Shown: positions 9,441 through 19,029, counted from the first letter of the stretch. The stretch is DNA of 48,571 nucleotides from an uncultured archaeon (GCA_964372665.1 CAYJRE010000002.1:768-49338), one strand, 5' to 3'. The notes: generated from the sequence alone by a model not told the origin. Translations and numbers: made by a program.

Positions 9441-9866
9441 ATGCGCCTCCTTGTCAAGAAACTCCGCCCCGATGCAATCCTGCCGAAATATGCCTTTCCT
9501 GGTGATGCGGGATTGGACATTTTTTCGTATGAGCAGGTCGTATTACTGCCCAACGAAAAGAAAACGATTCGTACTGGGATTGCCTTGTCCCTGCCAAAAG
9601 GACACGTGGGTTTGGTCTGGGACAAAAGCGGGTTAGCCAGCAAAAACCATTTGCACACGTTGGGGGGAGTGATCGATGAAGCCTACCGAGGGGAATTGCT
9701 TATCGTTTTAGGAAATTTCAGTCTCATGCCGTTTAGCATCGAAAAAGGACAAAAAATAGCCCAATTGTTGGTTCAGCCAGTGGTTCACGCTACCATTCAA
9801 GAGGTCCCAGAGCTCGATTCCACTCCTCGAGGCGAAAAAGGGTTTGGTTCGACCGGCCTGAAATGA
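9441..9866 (+). CDS. dut: Trimeric dUTPase
   Basis: GDAGLD, KSGLA, GVIDEAYRGE, IAQL, RGEKGFGSTG. Confidence 0.95.
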   Translation: MRLLVKKLRPDAILPKYAFPGDAGLDIFSYEQVVLLPNEKKTIRTGIALSLPKGHVGLVWDKSGLASKNHLHTLGGVIDEAYRGELLIVLGNFSLMPFSIEKGQKIAQLLVQPVVHATIQEVPELDSTPRGEKGFGSTGLK

Positions 9867-9922
9867 ATCCAAATATAAACCCGGCCCGCTCGTTTTAATT
9901 CCCAATCGTCTTCATAGTCCCC

Positions 9923-10519
9923 ATGATTCTCTGCGATAGCGAAATCAAGGAGCTCATCCAACAGGGCAGCGTGTATGTTCCAACCGACAATCACCCCATC
10001 GACTTGGATTTGCAGTTAGGTCCCAGTTCATTGGACCTGCGGTTAGGGCCCGAAATGTTGTTGTTTGACAACCATGCCATGCGCATCATCGATTTGAGCG
10101 AAAAACAACCCTTGCGCATGAGACGCGTACAAATCGACGAAAAAGAAGGATTCGTGTTACACCCCGGAGAATTCGTTTTAGGGACGACCGTGGAAGCCGT
10201 CAAGATTCCCCCCGAACTAGTCGGAAGGTTGGAAGGACGATCTTCTCTTGGAAGAATCGGTCTCGTCATTCATGCTACGGCTGGTTTCATCGACCCCGGT
10301 TTCGAAGGACAAGTCACCCTCGAAATGCAAAATATTGGAACCCAACCCCTGCTGCTCCGACCCTTCCAACGGATTTGCCAACTATGTTTCATCCGCATGA
10401 GTAAAGTGCCTGAAACCCCGTACCACAAAAAGAAAGACAACAAATACCACGGCCAATTCGGTCCTGTCGCGAGCCGCATTTCCCGCGAGCAGCGAAGATT
10501 GCCTGATTTGCTGGATTAA
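9923..10519 (+). CDS. dcd: dCTP deaminase
   Basis: PSSLDLRLG, EGRSSLGRIG, AGFIDPGFEGQVTLE, KYHGQ. Confidence 0.95.
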   Translation: MILCDSEIKELIQQGSVYVPTDNHPIDLDLQLGPSSLDLRLGPEMLLFDNHAMRIIDLSEKQPLRMRRVQIDEKEGFVLHPGEFVLGTTVEAVKIPPELVGRLEGRSSLGRIGLVIHATAGFIDPGFEGQVTLEMQNIGTQPLLLRPFQRICQLCFIRMSKVPETPYHKKKDNKYHGQFGPVASRISREQRRLPDLLD

Positions 10520-10576
10520 TACTTGTTTTATAAACGCTTGCCTTTGGAAGAATAGTGGCCGCCGGGCCCAAGAATC

Positions 10577-10607
10577 TTTTGGTAAATCTTTTGCTTGCAA
10601 AAGGTTC
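10577..10607 (+). repeat. REP-like hairpin, copy 2 (infB leader)
   Basis: TTTTGGT-AAATCTTTTGC-TT-GCAAAAGGTTC. Confidence 0.55.
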
Positions 10608-10642
10608 TCTGGCTGTACACGTATTACGGGAGATAGAAAAAG

Positions 10643-12415
10643 ATGGCAAACGAAAAACCCAAACTCCGCACACCTATTGTCGCGGTGCTGGGCCATGTTG
10701 ACTCAGGAAAAACCAGTTTTTTGGACAAGGTTCGCTCCACCAATTTAGCGAGCAAAGAACCTGGGCTCATCACGCAACACATTGGGGCAACCGAAATTCC
10801 CATTTCCACGATCCAGCAAATTGCAGGAACCCTCATCCAAAAATTTGGGTTTCATTTGACAATACCGGGATTGTTATTTATTGACACGCCGGGACACGAA
10901 GCGTTCACCAACTTAAGAGAAAGAGGGAGTAGCATTGCGGATTTAGGGGTTCTAATTATTGATATCAATAAGGGCATGCAAGAACAAACCAAAGAAGCCA
11001 TTTCCATTTTACGCGTTTACAAAGTCCCCTTCATCGTTTGCCTCACCAAACTGGATTTACTGGAGGGATACGATTCAAAAACGGGCTCGTTTTTGGACAA
11101 CCACCAAAACCAAGACGAGAGAACCCAAAAAAAACTCGACGAATGCATTTACACGATTGTGGGGCAACTCTTTGAAAACGGTTTCCAAAGCGAGCGATTT
11201 GACCGCGTAAAGGATACCACGAAAGAATTAGCGATCATCCCGATTTCAGCCAAAACAGGAGAAGGATTACCTGAAACACTGGTGTTCCTCGCTGGATTAG
11301 CCCAAAAATTCTTGGAGAAAACCCTACGAACCCAAGGTAACCCTCCCGGGAAGGGAACCGTATTGGAAGTTCGCGACGAGAAAGGATTGGGAACGACTCT
11401 CGACGTTATTCTGTATGATGGCATGTTGCGTCCCGGGGACCATTTCGTGGTGGCCGGAAAAAATGGGGTGATTCAGAGCAAAATCCGCGCATTGCTTAAG
11501 CCGAATGCGATGACCGACATTCGCATGGCCGAAAAATTTGTTTCCATTACGGAAATTCATGCAGCTGCCGGAGTCAAAATTTCGGCCCCCAATTTGGAGA
11601 ATGCGCTGGCTGGAAGCCCATTCTTAGTCGTCACAAACGGAAGCGAAGTCACACAAATAGAAAAAGAAGTCAGCCAAATCAAAATAGATTCCCAAAACAT
11701 GGGAGTAATCGTCAAGACCGACACGCTGGGAAGCCTCGAGGCATTAATCAAACTTCTCCAAACAAAAAAAATCCCCGTAAAACGAGCCGATGTAGGGGAA
11801 GTTACTCGTCGTGACATCCAAGAAGCCATCACTCTTCAGGACAAAGACCCCTATTTAGGAGTCATTTTTGCATTTAACGTCGAAATCCCCGAATCCGTGC
11901 GAAAAGACGCACAACTCAACCACATCCAACTCTTCGAAAGCAACATCATTTACTCTATTTTGGAAGAATACCAAAAATGGGCTAACGAAGAGAAAAGAAA
12001 ATCCAAAACACAATTACAAGAAAAAGCCATCTTCCCCTGCCAACTCAAGGTTTTGCCTGGATACATTTTCCGGAATTCCAAACCGGCTGTTGTGGGTGTT
12101 CGCATCCTCGAAGGAAAACTCAAGACCAACGCCGAGCTGCTGAACCAAAAAGGAGAAATAATCGGAAAAGTCCAAAACATCCAAATCGAAAACGAAACAA
12201 AAACAATCGCCGACAAGGGGCAAGAAGTGGCGGTATCCATCGAAGGAGCCGTTATGGGAAGAAACCTGAACGAGAACGACGTCTTATTCACCAAACTCAC
12301 GAGCGGCATGCTCGAACTGCTCGGAAAAATAGGGTTGTCCGACGAAGAGGAAGCCCTCTGCCGGGCCATCATGGATTTACAATCCTCAGAAGAAAACCAA
12401 GAAAAGGAGGAATGA
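10643..12415 (+). CDS. infB: Translation initiation factor aIF5B (IF-2)
   Basis: LRTPIVAVLGHVDSGKT, ITQHIGA, DTPGHEAFTNLR, TKLD. Confidence 0.97.
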   Translation: MANEKPKLRTPIVAVLGHVDSGKTSFLDKVRSTNLASKEPGLITQHIGATEIPISTIQQIAGTLIQKFGFHLTIPGLLFIDTPGHEAFTNLRERGSSIADLGVLIIDINKGMQEQTKEAISILRVYKVPFIVCLTKLDLLEGYDSKTGSFLDNHQNQDERTQKKLDECIYTIVGQLFENGFQSERFDRVKDTTKELAIIPISAKTGEGLPETLVFLAGLAQKFLEKTLRTQGNPPGKGTVLEVRDEKGLGTTLDVILYDGMLRPGDHFVVAGKNGVIQSKIRALLKPNAMTDIRMAEKFVSITEIHAAAGVKISAPNLENALAGSPFLVVTNGSEVTQIEKEVSQIKIDSQNMGVIVKTDTLGSLEALIKLLQTKKIPVKRADVGEVTRRDIQEAITLQDKDPYLGVIFAFNVEIPESVRKDAQLNHIQLFESNIIYSILEEYQKWANEEKRKSKTQLQEKAIFPCQLKVLPGYIFRNSKPAVVGVRILEGKLKTNAELLNQKGEIIGKVQNIQIENETKTIADKGQEVAVSIEGAVMGRNLNENDVLFTKLTSGMLELLGKIGLSDEEEALCRAIMDLQSSEENQEKEE

Positions 12416-12421
12416 GGAAAC

Positions 12422-12823
12422 ATGAACATTGTGGTATCAAATCCAAAGACGCGAAAAGCATATGCCAGAAAACAGGAGTCAACCCCCTTCCTCGGGAAAA
12501 AGATTGGCCAGGAAGTGGACTTAGAAGAAATAGGACTGGAGGGCTACAAAGGGATCATCACCGGCGGTAGCGACAAAACCGGGACGCCCATGATTGCTCG
12601 CTTTCCCGGAACCGGAAGAAAAAAGCTCTTGATCTACCCCGGGGTCGGTTTTAGAAGAGGCGAACGCGGAGAACGGAGAAAACGCCCCCTACGCGGAAAC
12701 ACGATTGCGAATGACATCCACCAAGTCAACGTGAAAGTCACGGTTCACGGAACCAAATCCCTGGATGAACTCCTTCCCATGCAACCCAAAGAGAAAAAGG
12801 AGGAAAAGGCTCAGGCAATATAG
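12422..12823 (+). CDS. rps6e: 30S ribosomal protein S6e
   Basis: ITGGSDKTGTPM, GERRKRPLRGN, QVNVKV; synteny. Confidence 0.95.
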   Translation: MNIVVSNPKTRKAYARKQESTPFLGKKIGQEVDLEEIGLEGYKGIITGGSDKTGTPMIARFPGTGRKKLLIYPGVGFRRGERGERRKRPLRGNTIANDIHQVNVKVTVHGTKSLDELLPMQPKEKKEEKAQAI

Positions 12824-12892
12824 TTTTTTCCGGGGCTTTTTCCAGAAAGGCTCTTGCGAAGCTTTTTTCCCGAGGCTTTTCTTAAAAGCCTC
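12824..12892 (+). repeat. Two tandem REP-like hairpins (copies 3 and 4)
   Basis: TTTTTTCC-GGGGCTTTT-TCCAG-AAAGGCTC and TTTTTTCCC-GAGGCTTTT-CTT-AAAAGCCTC. Confidence 0.65.
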
Positions 12893-12937
12893 AGACGAAG
12901 CCTTAAAGAATCTTTCCCGAGACCTTGCATTCTATCC

Positions 12938-14254
12938 ATGCCCCGAACCAAAAAACAAACCCCCCTCGCCTCCCCCACCGAAGCCACTATCAAAACAAAA
13001 CCATTGGAAACAAAGAAAGCAGCCAAAAAAACAACCAAAAAAGAAAGAGTGCCCGATTCTACTGAAACCAAAATACGGCAAGCCGAAGTCAACATTGGAA
13101 CAGCGGGACACGTGGACCACGGAAAAAGCACAATCGTCGAAAGCCTTACCGGAAAATGGACATCCACGCATTCGGAAGAATTGAAGCGCGGAATCTCGAT
13201 CCGGTTAGGGTACGCGGATGCCACATTCTACGAGTATCCCGGATTGAATCCCCCCGAAAAATACGGGTCTCTCCCTGAAAAAGACGGAGTAAAAGGGAAA
13301 GTGTTGCGAAAAGTTTCGTTCATCGATGCGCCAGGGCATGAAACACTCATGACCACCATGCTCTCCGGCGCCACCCTGCTCGATGGTGCCTTGCTTGTCA
13401 TCGCGGCCAATGAAACCTGCCCCCAACCCCGAACCGCCGAGCACCTTATGGCCTTGCAAATCGCCGGCATCCAAAATATAATCGTAGTCCAAAACAAAGT
13501 CGACCTGGTTGACCAAAAAAGGGCGCTCGAATCCTATCACGAGATCAAAAAATTTTTGAGCGAATATGGATACGAAAAAGCCCCCATCATTCCCATTTCC
13601 GCCAATTTCAACGCGAATATCGATTTGCTCATTGAGCTCATCCAAACCCACATCCCCACCCCCCACCACGACGAAATAAAACCTTTGCGCATGTACATCT
13701 CTCGCTCCTTCGACGTGAACAAACCCGGCACCCCCATCGAGCAACTAAAGGGGGGTGTTTTAGGAGGAAGCATCGTCTCTGGCACCCTCTCCACCAATCA
13801 AAAGGTCGAGATGACCCCGGGTTTCGACGGAAAACCCGTATTGCTCGACGTGTTATCCATCCACATTTCAGAAGGCAGACTCGCAAAAGCCAGACCAGGA
13901 GGGCTTATCGCCGTAGGAACAAAACTCGACCCCGGGATCACGAGCATGGACAAGCTAAAAGGACAAATCGTGTGCGCCCCCCACACGCTACCAACCCCCG
14001 TTGATTTCATCACCATCGAATTTCACGAATTAGCCCGCCTCATCGGAGAAAAACTTCCGCACCCCCACGTAAAAGAGCTCATCGTTTTAACGATCGTCAC
14101 CAACACCATCGTGGGAGAAGTCGTTACCATCAAAAAAAACCACATCGACTTACACCTAAAAGGAAAGATGGTCGTCGAAAAAGGACAAAAAATAGCCATC
14201 TCGAGGAGAGACAAAACCGCGTGGCGATTAGCGGGATGGGGCACCGTCAAATAA
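12938..14254 (+). CDS. eif2g: Translation initiation factor aIF2 gamma subunit
   Basis: VNIGTAGHVDHGKST, HSEELKRGISIRLGYA, DAPGHE, NKVD, RSFDVNKPG, WRLAGWG. Confidence 0.96.
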   Translation: MPRTKKQTPLASPTEATIKTKPLETKKAAKKTTKKERVPDSTETKIRQAEVNIGTAGHVDHGKSTIVESLTGKWTSTHSEELKRGISIRLGYADATFYEYPGLNPPEKYGSLPEKDGVKGKVLRKVSFIDAPGHETLMTTMLSGATLLDGALLVIAANETCPQPRTAEHLMALQIAGIQNIIVVQNKVDLVDQKRALESYHEIKKFLSEYGYEKAPIIPISANFNANIDLLIELIQTHIPTPHHDEIKPLRMYISRSFDVNKPGTPIEQLKGGVLGGSIVSGTLSTNQKVEMTPGFDGKPVLLDVLSIHISEGRLAKARPGGLIAVGTKLDPGITSMDKLKGQIVCAPHTLPTPVDFITIEFHELARLIGEKLPHPHVKELIVLTIVTNTIVGEVVTIKKNHIDLHLKGKMVVEKGQKIAISRRDKTAWRLAGWGTVK

Positions 14255-14277
14255 TATTCCATCGATTCTATATTTTC

Positions 14278-14889
14278 CTATTTCAATCCGGTTGCCGCCG
14301 CAGGACCCATCGCCGCGGCGAAGAATGAAATCAATACCGCGAAAAACAATACCGCGACCAAAATGATGGGAATCAACCACACCACAATCGCGCGAGCCAT
14401 GCTAATGGTGTTGGCAATCGAAATCATGGTGATGCTCAAATATGCCACATACAAAAACCAAAGCAATTGAATGAGCCACCCAAGCAAGGGGATCATGGCT
14501 ACGATGCCTACAATGATTCCCGCAAAAAACAGGGGCCACAACAAACGGGAGGCCAAATAATAGTTTCCCGCGAAGGTTCCAGTGCCACCTAACACTCGTG
14601 CGATCACCCACACAATCCCGGAAGAAATGGCGCTACCTATCACGGCCAGAATGGCGAATACAATGGGAAACACGATTATTGCAGCCAACCCCAATCCGGT
14701 AGCCATGCCACCCAAAAAAGGCGACGCTATGCTTCCGATGAATGCGGCCAGTATCCCCAACCCGAGGCCTACCACTATTCCCACCAATGCAAATGCTTTG
14801 GCGGCCTCTTTCGCATCCGCATTCTTCTTCTCCAGGGGCATTCGCTCCTTGGGATGGATCACGATATCAAAGAATTCCATCACGTTCAT
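14278..14889 (-). CDS. YIP1-family multi-pass membrane protein
   Basis: VIHPKE N-terminus, IARVLGGTGTF motif, about 5 TM helices. Confidence 0.75.
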   Translation of the reverse strand: MNVMEFFDIVIHPKERMPLEKKNADAKEAAKAFALVGIVVGLGLGILAAFIGSIASPFLGGMATGLGLAAIIVFPIVFAILAVIGSAISSGIVWVIARVLGGTGTFAGNYYLASRLLWPLFFAGIIVGIVAMIPLLGWLIQLLWFLYVAYLSITMISIANTISMARAIVVWLIPIILVAVLFFAVLISFFAAAMGPAAATGLK

Positions 14890-14979
14890 GTTTCTCGCTT
14901 CCCGCCTATTCGACACGCGAACATCAGGGTTTGGCTATATAAACATTGGGGAATTTACGATGAGTACACTGAAAAGGTG

Positions 14980-15366
14980 ATGGAAATCGACGCGCAACGA
15001 GTGGCATTAGACACCAACATTTTGTTGGACATGACGCGATTGAAAATAGATATTTTTGACCAAATACAACGATTGGTGGGAGACGGTATCTTGGTAGTTC
15101 CCATCCAAGTCAAGCAGGAATTACAAACGCTTTCCATCGAAAAAGGAAAAACGGGAGCGGCCGCCCGCGTGGCCTTGCATGCCATCCAAAAATATCGCGT
15201 GAAAACGGTAGCGGCCAACGCGGAAAACGGGGACGAAGCCCTACAGGAATTAGCCCAAAAGGGGTACATTATCGCGACGAACGACAAAGCCCTCAGACAA
15301 AGCCTTAAAAACGCTCCACAGCGGGCTATTGTGGTCAGGCAATCCAAGTATTTGGATTGGCTCTAA
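14980..15366 (+). CDS. PIN-domain ribonuclease (Fcf1/Utp24-like)
   Basis: VALDTNILL, V..EL, GDEAL, IATNDKALR; usual position before rpoE'. Confidence 0.88.
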   Translation: MEIDAQRVALDTNILLDMTRLKIDIFDQIQRLVGDGILVVPIQVKQELQTLSIEKGKTGAAARVALHAIQKYRVKTVAANAENGDEALQELAQKGYIIATNDKALRQSLKNAPQRAIVVRQSKYLDWL

Positions 15367-15411
15367 AAACGTTTGCAGCCATTCGATTTTATGAAAGGGG
15401 TTATTTTGCCT

Positions 15412-16005
15412 ATGTATCAACTCGCCATCATTCGAGACACGATCCGCGTTCCCCCCGCCAAATTCTCCGAAAACCTAGACAAATCCATCCTATCGATTGT
15501 GAGAGGAGACTTGGAAGGTCTCGTCGACAGCGATTTAGGGGTAGTCGTCAGCGTCGTCTCCGCCCAAAAAAAGGGAGAAGGAAAAATCGTTCCCGGTGAC
15601 GCGGCTGCGTACTTTGACTCCCAAATCACGCTACTCACCTACAAGCCGCAGGTCAACGAAGTCGTGGAAGGACTCATCTCCGAAGCGACCGAATTCGGTG
15701 CCTTCATCAAAACAGGACCGGTGGAAGGACTCATTCATATATCCCAAATCGCGGACGATTTCATCTCCTATGACGCCAAACTCCCGGGATTTGTGGGAAG
15801 AGACAGCAAGCGAACCCTCAAGATAGGGGACCAAGTCATTGCCCGAATCGTGAGCGTGAGCATGAAAAGCACGATTCCGGACTCCAAAATAGGTTTAACC
15901 ATGAGGCAACCCGGATTAGGAAAGAGAGAATGGGCCAAACTCAAAAAAACGGTCCGAGCCTCCACCAAACCCAAAGCCCCACCCAAAGGCGGTGACACGG
16001 CATGA
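15412..16005 (+). CDS. rpoE1: RNA polymerase subunit E' (Rpo7)
   Basis: DTIRVPP, GKIVPGDAA, S1 domain EFGAF..GPVEGLIHISQI, IGLTMRQPGLGK. Confidence 0.96.
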   Translation: MYQLAIIRDTIRVPPAKFSENLDKSILSIVRGDLEGLVDSDLGVVVSVVSAQKKGEGKIVPGDAAAYFDSQITLLTYKPQVNEVVEGLISEATEFGAFIKTGPVEGLIHISQIADDFISYDAKLPGFVGRDSKRTLKIGDQVIARIVSVSMKSTIPDSKIGLTMRQPGLGKREWAKLKKTVRASTKPKAPPKGGDTA

Positions 16006-16193
16006 AAGAAAAAGCCTGCCGAAGCTGCCACAAACTTTCCGAAGACGTGAAGGAATGCCCCGTATGCAAGAGCACCGAACTCACCACTTTCTGGTCCGGC
16101 TTCATTTACTTCCTTAACCCCGAAAAGAGCGAAATCGCCCAAAAAATGGGAATCAAAAACAACGGAAAATACGCGCTCCGCTTGAGCCGATGA
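16002..16193 (+). CDS. spt4: Transcription elongation factor Spt4 (RpoE'')
   Basis: ACRSCH...CPVC...WSG...PEKSEIA...GKYAL; ATGA overlap with rpoE1. Confidence 0.95.
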   Translation: MKEKACRSCHKLSEDVKECPVCKSTELTTFWSGFIYFLNPEKSEIAQKMGIKNNGKYALRLSR

Positions 16194-16212
16194 ACGAAAA
16201 CAAGGTTTTTTT

Positions 16213-16533
16213 ATGGAAATAGAAATCGAAGGACGACACAAAAACACGCTCTTGCATCGCGAAGAACTAAACTTCGAAATACTCAACGCGAAAAAGACAC
16301 CCACTCGAACCGAAGTCCGGAACAAGCTCGCGGCCATGTTGGGAGTAGACGAAAACCTTCTAGTGGTGGACGAAATATCCCACGATTTTGGCAGCACGCG
16401 CGTCACCGGTTTTGCCAAAAAGTACGATTCAGTCGAGGACCTGCAGAAAACAGAGCCTTTGCATATGCGGAAAAGGCACAGTGAAAAAACCGAAAAAAAG
16501 GAAACCCAAAAAGAAGAGACCAAAGGAGCCTGA
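16213..16533 (+). CDS. rps24e: 30S ribosomal protein S24e
   Basis: NTLLHREE, TPTRTEVR, FG....GFAKKYDS, EP. Confidence 0.93.
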   Translation: MEIEIEGRHKNTLLHREELNFEILNAKKTPTRTEVRNKLAAMLGVDENLLVVDEISHDFGSTRVTGFAKKYDSVEDLQKTEPLHMRKRHSEKTEKKETQKEETKGA

Positions 16534-16539
16534 CGCCCC

Positions 16540-16734
16540 ATGCCCAAAGAAACCACTCCCAAAAAAAGAGAGAAAAAAACCAGCAAGTCTTCCACGTATC
16601 AAGCTACCGGAAGCGAGCTCAAGCGAACCAGACGTTTTTGCCCCAAGTGTGGCCCCGGCGTTTTCCTGGCCCAGCATGACAATAGGGAGTCGTGCGGGAG
16701 CTGCGGATACCTCGAATGGAAAACGAGCACATGA
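16540..16734 (+). CDS. rps27ae: 30S ribosomal protein S27ae (eS31)
   Basis: [25 protein letters not shown] zinc ribbon. Confidence 0.95.
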   Translation: MPKETTPKKREKKTSKSSTYQATGSELKRTRRFCPKCGPGVFLAQHDNRESCGSCGYLEWKTST

Positions 16735-17252
16735 TGCCCCTATTTTGGAATATTGGTTTCCCGCTATTGTTTTTAGTTGTTTCAATCCTCGTCATGCTCT
16801 TTTTTCCCCGTAAAACAAAAGAATGGATTGGAGAAAAACCAAAAAAAGAACACCTCATTCCCACCATCTTTCTCTTTTTTCAATTGCTCATTGTTGGGAT
16901 TGGTATCGATTGGGTGGCCACTAGCCTTGGCATTAATGACACCCACATCGTAAAAGCTGTTGCAAACGAACTCGCCCAACAACCAATCCGAAGCACTATC
17001 CTTTTGGCGTTCAGCGGTTTTTCCGAAGAACTATTTTTTCGCGGAATCCTATACACGCTCGCTGGGCCCATCATTAGCATCATTGGGTTTGGCTTTTTCC
17101 ATTTGGGATACCAATCCATTGTAGAATTCATCGGAGCCATCCTCGCAGGAATCATCTTAGTTCGCGGAAGAGAAAAATACCACAGCATTTCCCCCGGAAT
17201 GGGGGGGCACATCCTATATAACCTATTCATCCTCTTTGTATTACCACTCTAA
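16731..17252 (+). CDS. CPBP/Abi (CAAX) intramembrane glutamic protease
   Basis: EELFFRG, FGFFH, H.LYN motifs. Confidence 0.88.
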   Translation: MMPLFWNIGFPLLFLVVSILVMLFFPRKTKEWIGEKPKKEHLIPTIFLFFQLLIVGIGIDWVATSLGINDTHIVKAVANELAQQPIRSTILLAFSGFSEELFFRGILYTLAGPIISIIGFGFFHLGYQSIVEFIGAILAGIILVRGREKYHSISPGMGGHILYNLFILFVLPL

Positions 17253-17269
17253 TACCCCCCTGAATCCCT

Positions 17270-18244
17270 ATGTACACTCTCGGAATTGAATCGACCGCCC
17301 ACACGTTCGGGGTGGGAATCGTTGATTCAACATGTAATGTGCTCGCCAACGAGAAAAGCGCGTACACGCATCCTGACGCGGGAATCCATCCCAAACTAGC
17401 CGCCGAATTTCATTTACAAAACGGCAGAATGGTATTGAAACGTGCCCTCGAAAAAGCCAATCTGACAATGAAAGACATTAGTCTGGTTTCGTTTGCTCAA
17501 GGACCGGGGCTCGGCCCTTGCCTGAGAGTCGGAGCCATCACCGCCCGGTACTTGGCTGTTCGCCATCACAAACCCCTTTTGGGGGTGAACCATTGCGTGG
17601 CGCACATCGAGATTGGAAAAGCCAAAACGCTGGCCAAAGATCCCATCATCGTGTACACGTCGGGAGCCAACACCCAAATCATCGCGTACGAGAATGGAAA
17701 ATACCGCGTGATGGGCGAAACATTAGACATGGGAGTAGGAAACGCATTAGACCAATTCGGTCGAAAAATCGGACTCGGTTTTCCGGCCGGTCCAATCATT
17801 GACCAAAAATATTTTCTCGGAAAGAATTACATCGATCTTCCGTATTCGGTGAAAGGAATGGACCTAGTGTTTGCCGGATTGCTTACGGAAGGCATCAAAA
17901 AGATAGGAAAACACGATGAAAACGATTTGTGTTACTCCTTCATGCATACGGCTTTTGCCATGGTTTGCGAAGTCACCGAACGTGCCCTAGCCCATACCGA
18001 AAAAAAAGAAGTACTCGTGACTGGCGGAGTGGCCGCCTCCAAAGCCCTCGAAAAAATGCTCCAAAAACTCTGTGTCGAAAGAGAAGCCACCCTTTACTTG
18101 GTTCCACGCGAATACGCGATGGACAACGGGGCCATGATCGCATGGCAGGGCCTGATCGAACACAAAGCCGGAAGAAAAAAACCCATCGAGGAAACACGCG
18201 TGAATCAATGCTTTCGCACGGACCACGTGGACGTGTTCTGGTGA
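17270..18244 (+). CDS. kae1: KEOPS t6A synthase Kae1/TsaD
   Basis: LGIESTAHT, GPGLGPCL, VNHCVAHIE, SGANTQ, GGVAA, DNGAMIA. Confidence 0.97.
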   Translation: MYTLGIESTAHTFGVGIVDSTCNVLANEKSAYTHPDAGIHPKLAAEFHLQNGRMVLKRALEKANLTMKDISLVSFAQGPGLGPCLRVGAITARYLAVRHHKPLLGVNHCVAHIEIGKAKTLAKDPIIVYTSGANTQIIAYENGKYRVMGETLDMGVGNALDQFGRKIGLGFPAGPIIDQKYFLGKNYIDLPYSVKGMDLVFAGLLTEGIKKIGKHDENDLCYSFMHTAFAMVCEVTERALAHTEKKEVLVTGGVAASKALEKMLQKLCVEREATLYLVPREYAMDNGAMIAWQGLIEHKAGRKKPIEETRVNQCFRTDHVDVFW

Positions 18245-18693
18245 TGGTTTTCTACCACCCTTCTCCTCAAAATGGAAGATTTGTGCTGGTTTGCTTTGAA
18301 GGCAGAAACCCGAATAATTTTAGGAAAACAATTTCGAATCGACAATTCTTTTCGAATGGCCTCATTAGTCGGGCGCTGGTCATATCCCAACGCCAGCACG
18401 TCCGGATTCAATTCCTTCACCTTATCAAAAATGTTTCTTTTGCTTCCCATTACCGCTTTGCCCACACACTTCAATGATTGAACCATCCGGCCACGCGTTT
18501 TTTCATCTTGAACGGGATAAAAACCCTTAATTTTCTTCACATTTTCGTCACGTGCCACAATTACCACCAAAAAATCGCCGCATTTTTTGGCATTTTCCAA
18601 ATAATGCACGTGTCCCAAATGCAACAAATCAAACGTACCGCATGCCACTACGACACTATTTCGAGAATATTTTTTCATTTTTCGTGTTCGCAT
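18205..18693 (-). CDS. ribL: Cytidylyltransferase-family protein, probable archaeal FAD synthase
   Basis: GTFDLLHLGH, VIVARD, PDVLALGYDQ, KSS. Confidence 0.8.
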   Translation of the reverse strand: MRTRKMKKYSRNSVVVACGTFDLLHLGHVHYLENAKKCGDFLVVIVARDENVKKIKGFYPVQDEKTRGRMVQSLKCVGKAVMGSKRNIFDKVKELNPDVLALGYDQRPTNEAIRKELSIRNCFPKIIRVSAFKANQHKSSILRRRVVENHHQNTSTWSVRKH

Positions 18694-18717
18694 ATCTCCA
18701 AATGATGTAGCAAACCC

Positions 18718-18764
18718 TTATATACCATGAATCATTTGCACTCTCTAATAATCTTCCATGGAGG
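18718..18764 (+). promoter_or_regulatory. TATA box and SD of Arg-rich small gene
   Basis: TTATATA at 18718-18724; GGAGG at 18760-18764, 10 nt before ATG 18775. Confidence 0.6.
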
Positions 18765-18774
18765 AATGAAACCA

Positions 18775-18903
18775 ATGGCTGCAAGACGAAGACGAAGGTC
18801 ACGCCGAGCAAGTACGGAAACGGCGGGACGCAAAACGCGGAGACGCGCACGCCGAACCACTCGACGACGCGCAACCCGACGCGCCCGAAGACGCCGCCGC
18901 TAA
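18775..18903 (+). CDS. 42-aa arginine-rich protamine-like protein
   Basis: MAARRRRRSRRASTETAGRKTRRRARRTTRRRATRRARRRRR (23 Arg); five different Arg codons used; own TATA, SD and terminator; absent from the ORF track. Confidence 0.8.
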   Translation: MAARRRRRSRRASTETAGRKTRRRARRTTRRRATRRARRRRR

Positions 18904-18927
18904 ACGCGACCAAAGCGCATTTGGGAG

Positions 18928-18951
18928 GTGGCCGAAAAACAGCCACTTTTT
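18928..18951 (+). terminator. Hairpin plus T-tract after Arg-rich gene
   Basis: GTGGC-N9-GCCAC-TTTTT. Confidence 0.5.
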
Positions 18952-19029
18952 CCTGTTTTCAACCCGAACTCTATTTTTGGGGGCATTTTTGGATACGTGA
19001 GTTTAGCGGTTTGTCGTTATCTTTACTAG

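Noticed and set aside
12824..12892. Tandem palindromic repeats as a mini CRISPR array
   Set aside because: Only two imperfect units about 9 nt apart, no spacers of CRISPR length, and no cas genes in the window.
18775..18903. Arg-rich ORF as ribosomal eL41/eS30 or as a DNA microsatellite
   Set aside because: Lacks the Trp/Lys pattern of eL41 and the GKV..QTP motif of eS30; mixed Arg codons argue against a simple repeat.
18656..18946. 96-aa minus-strand ORF in the track
   Set aside because: Antisense shadow of the Arg-rich plus-strand gene, which has the TATA, SD and terminator.
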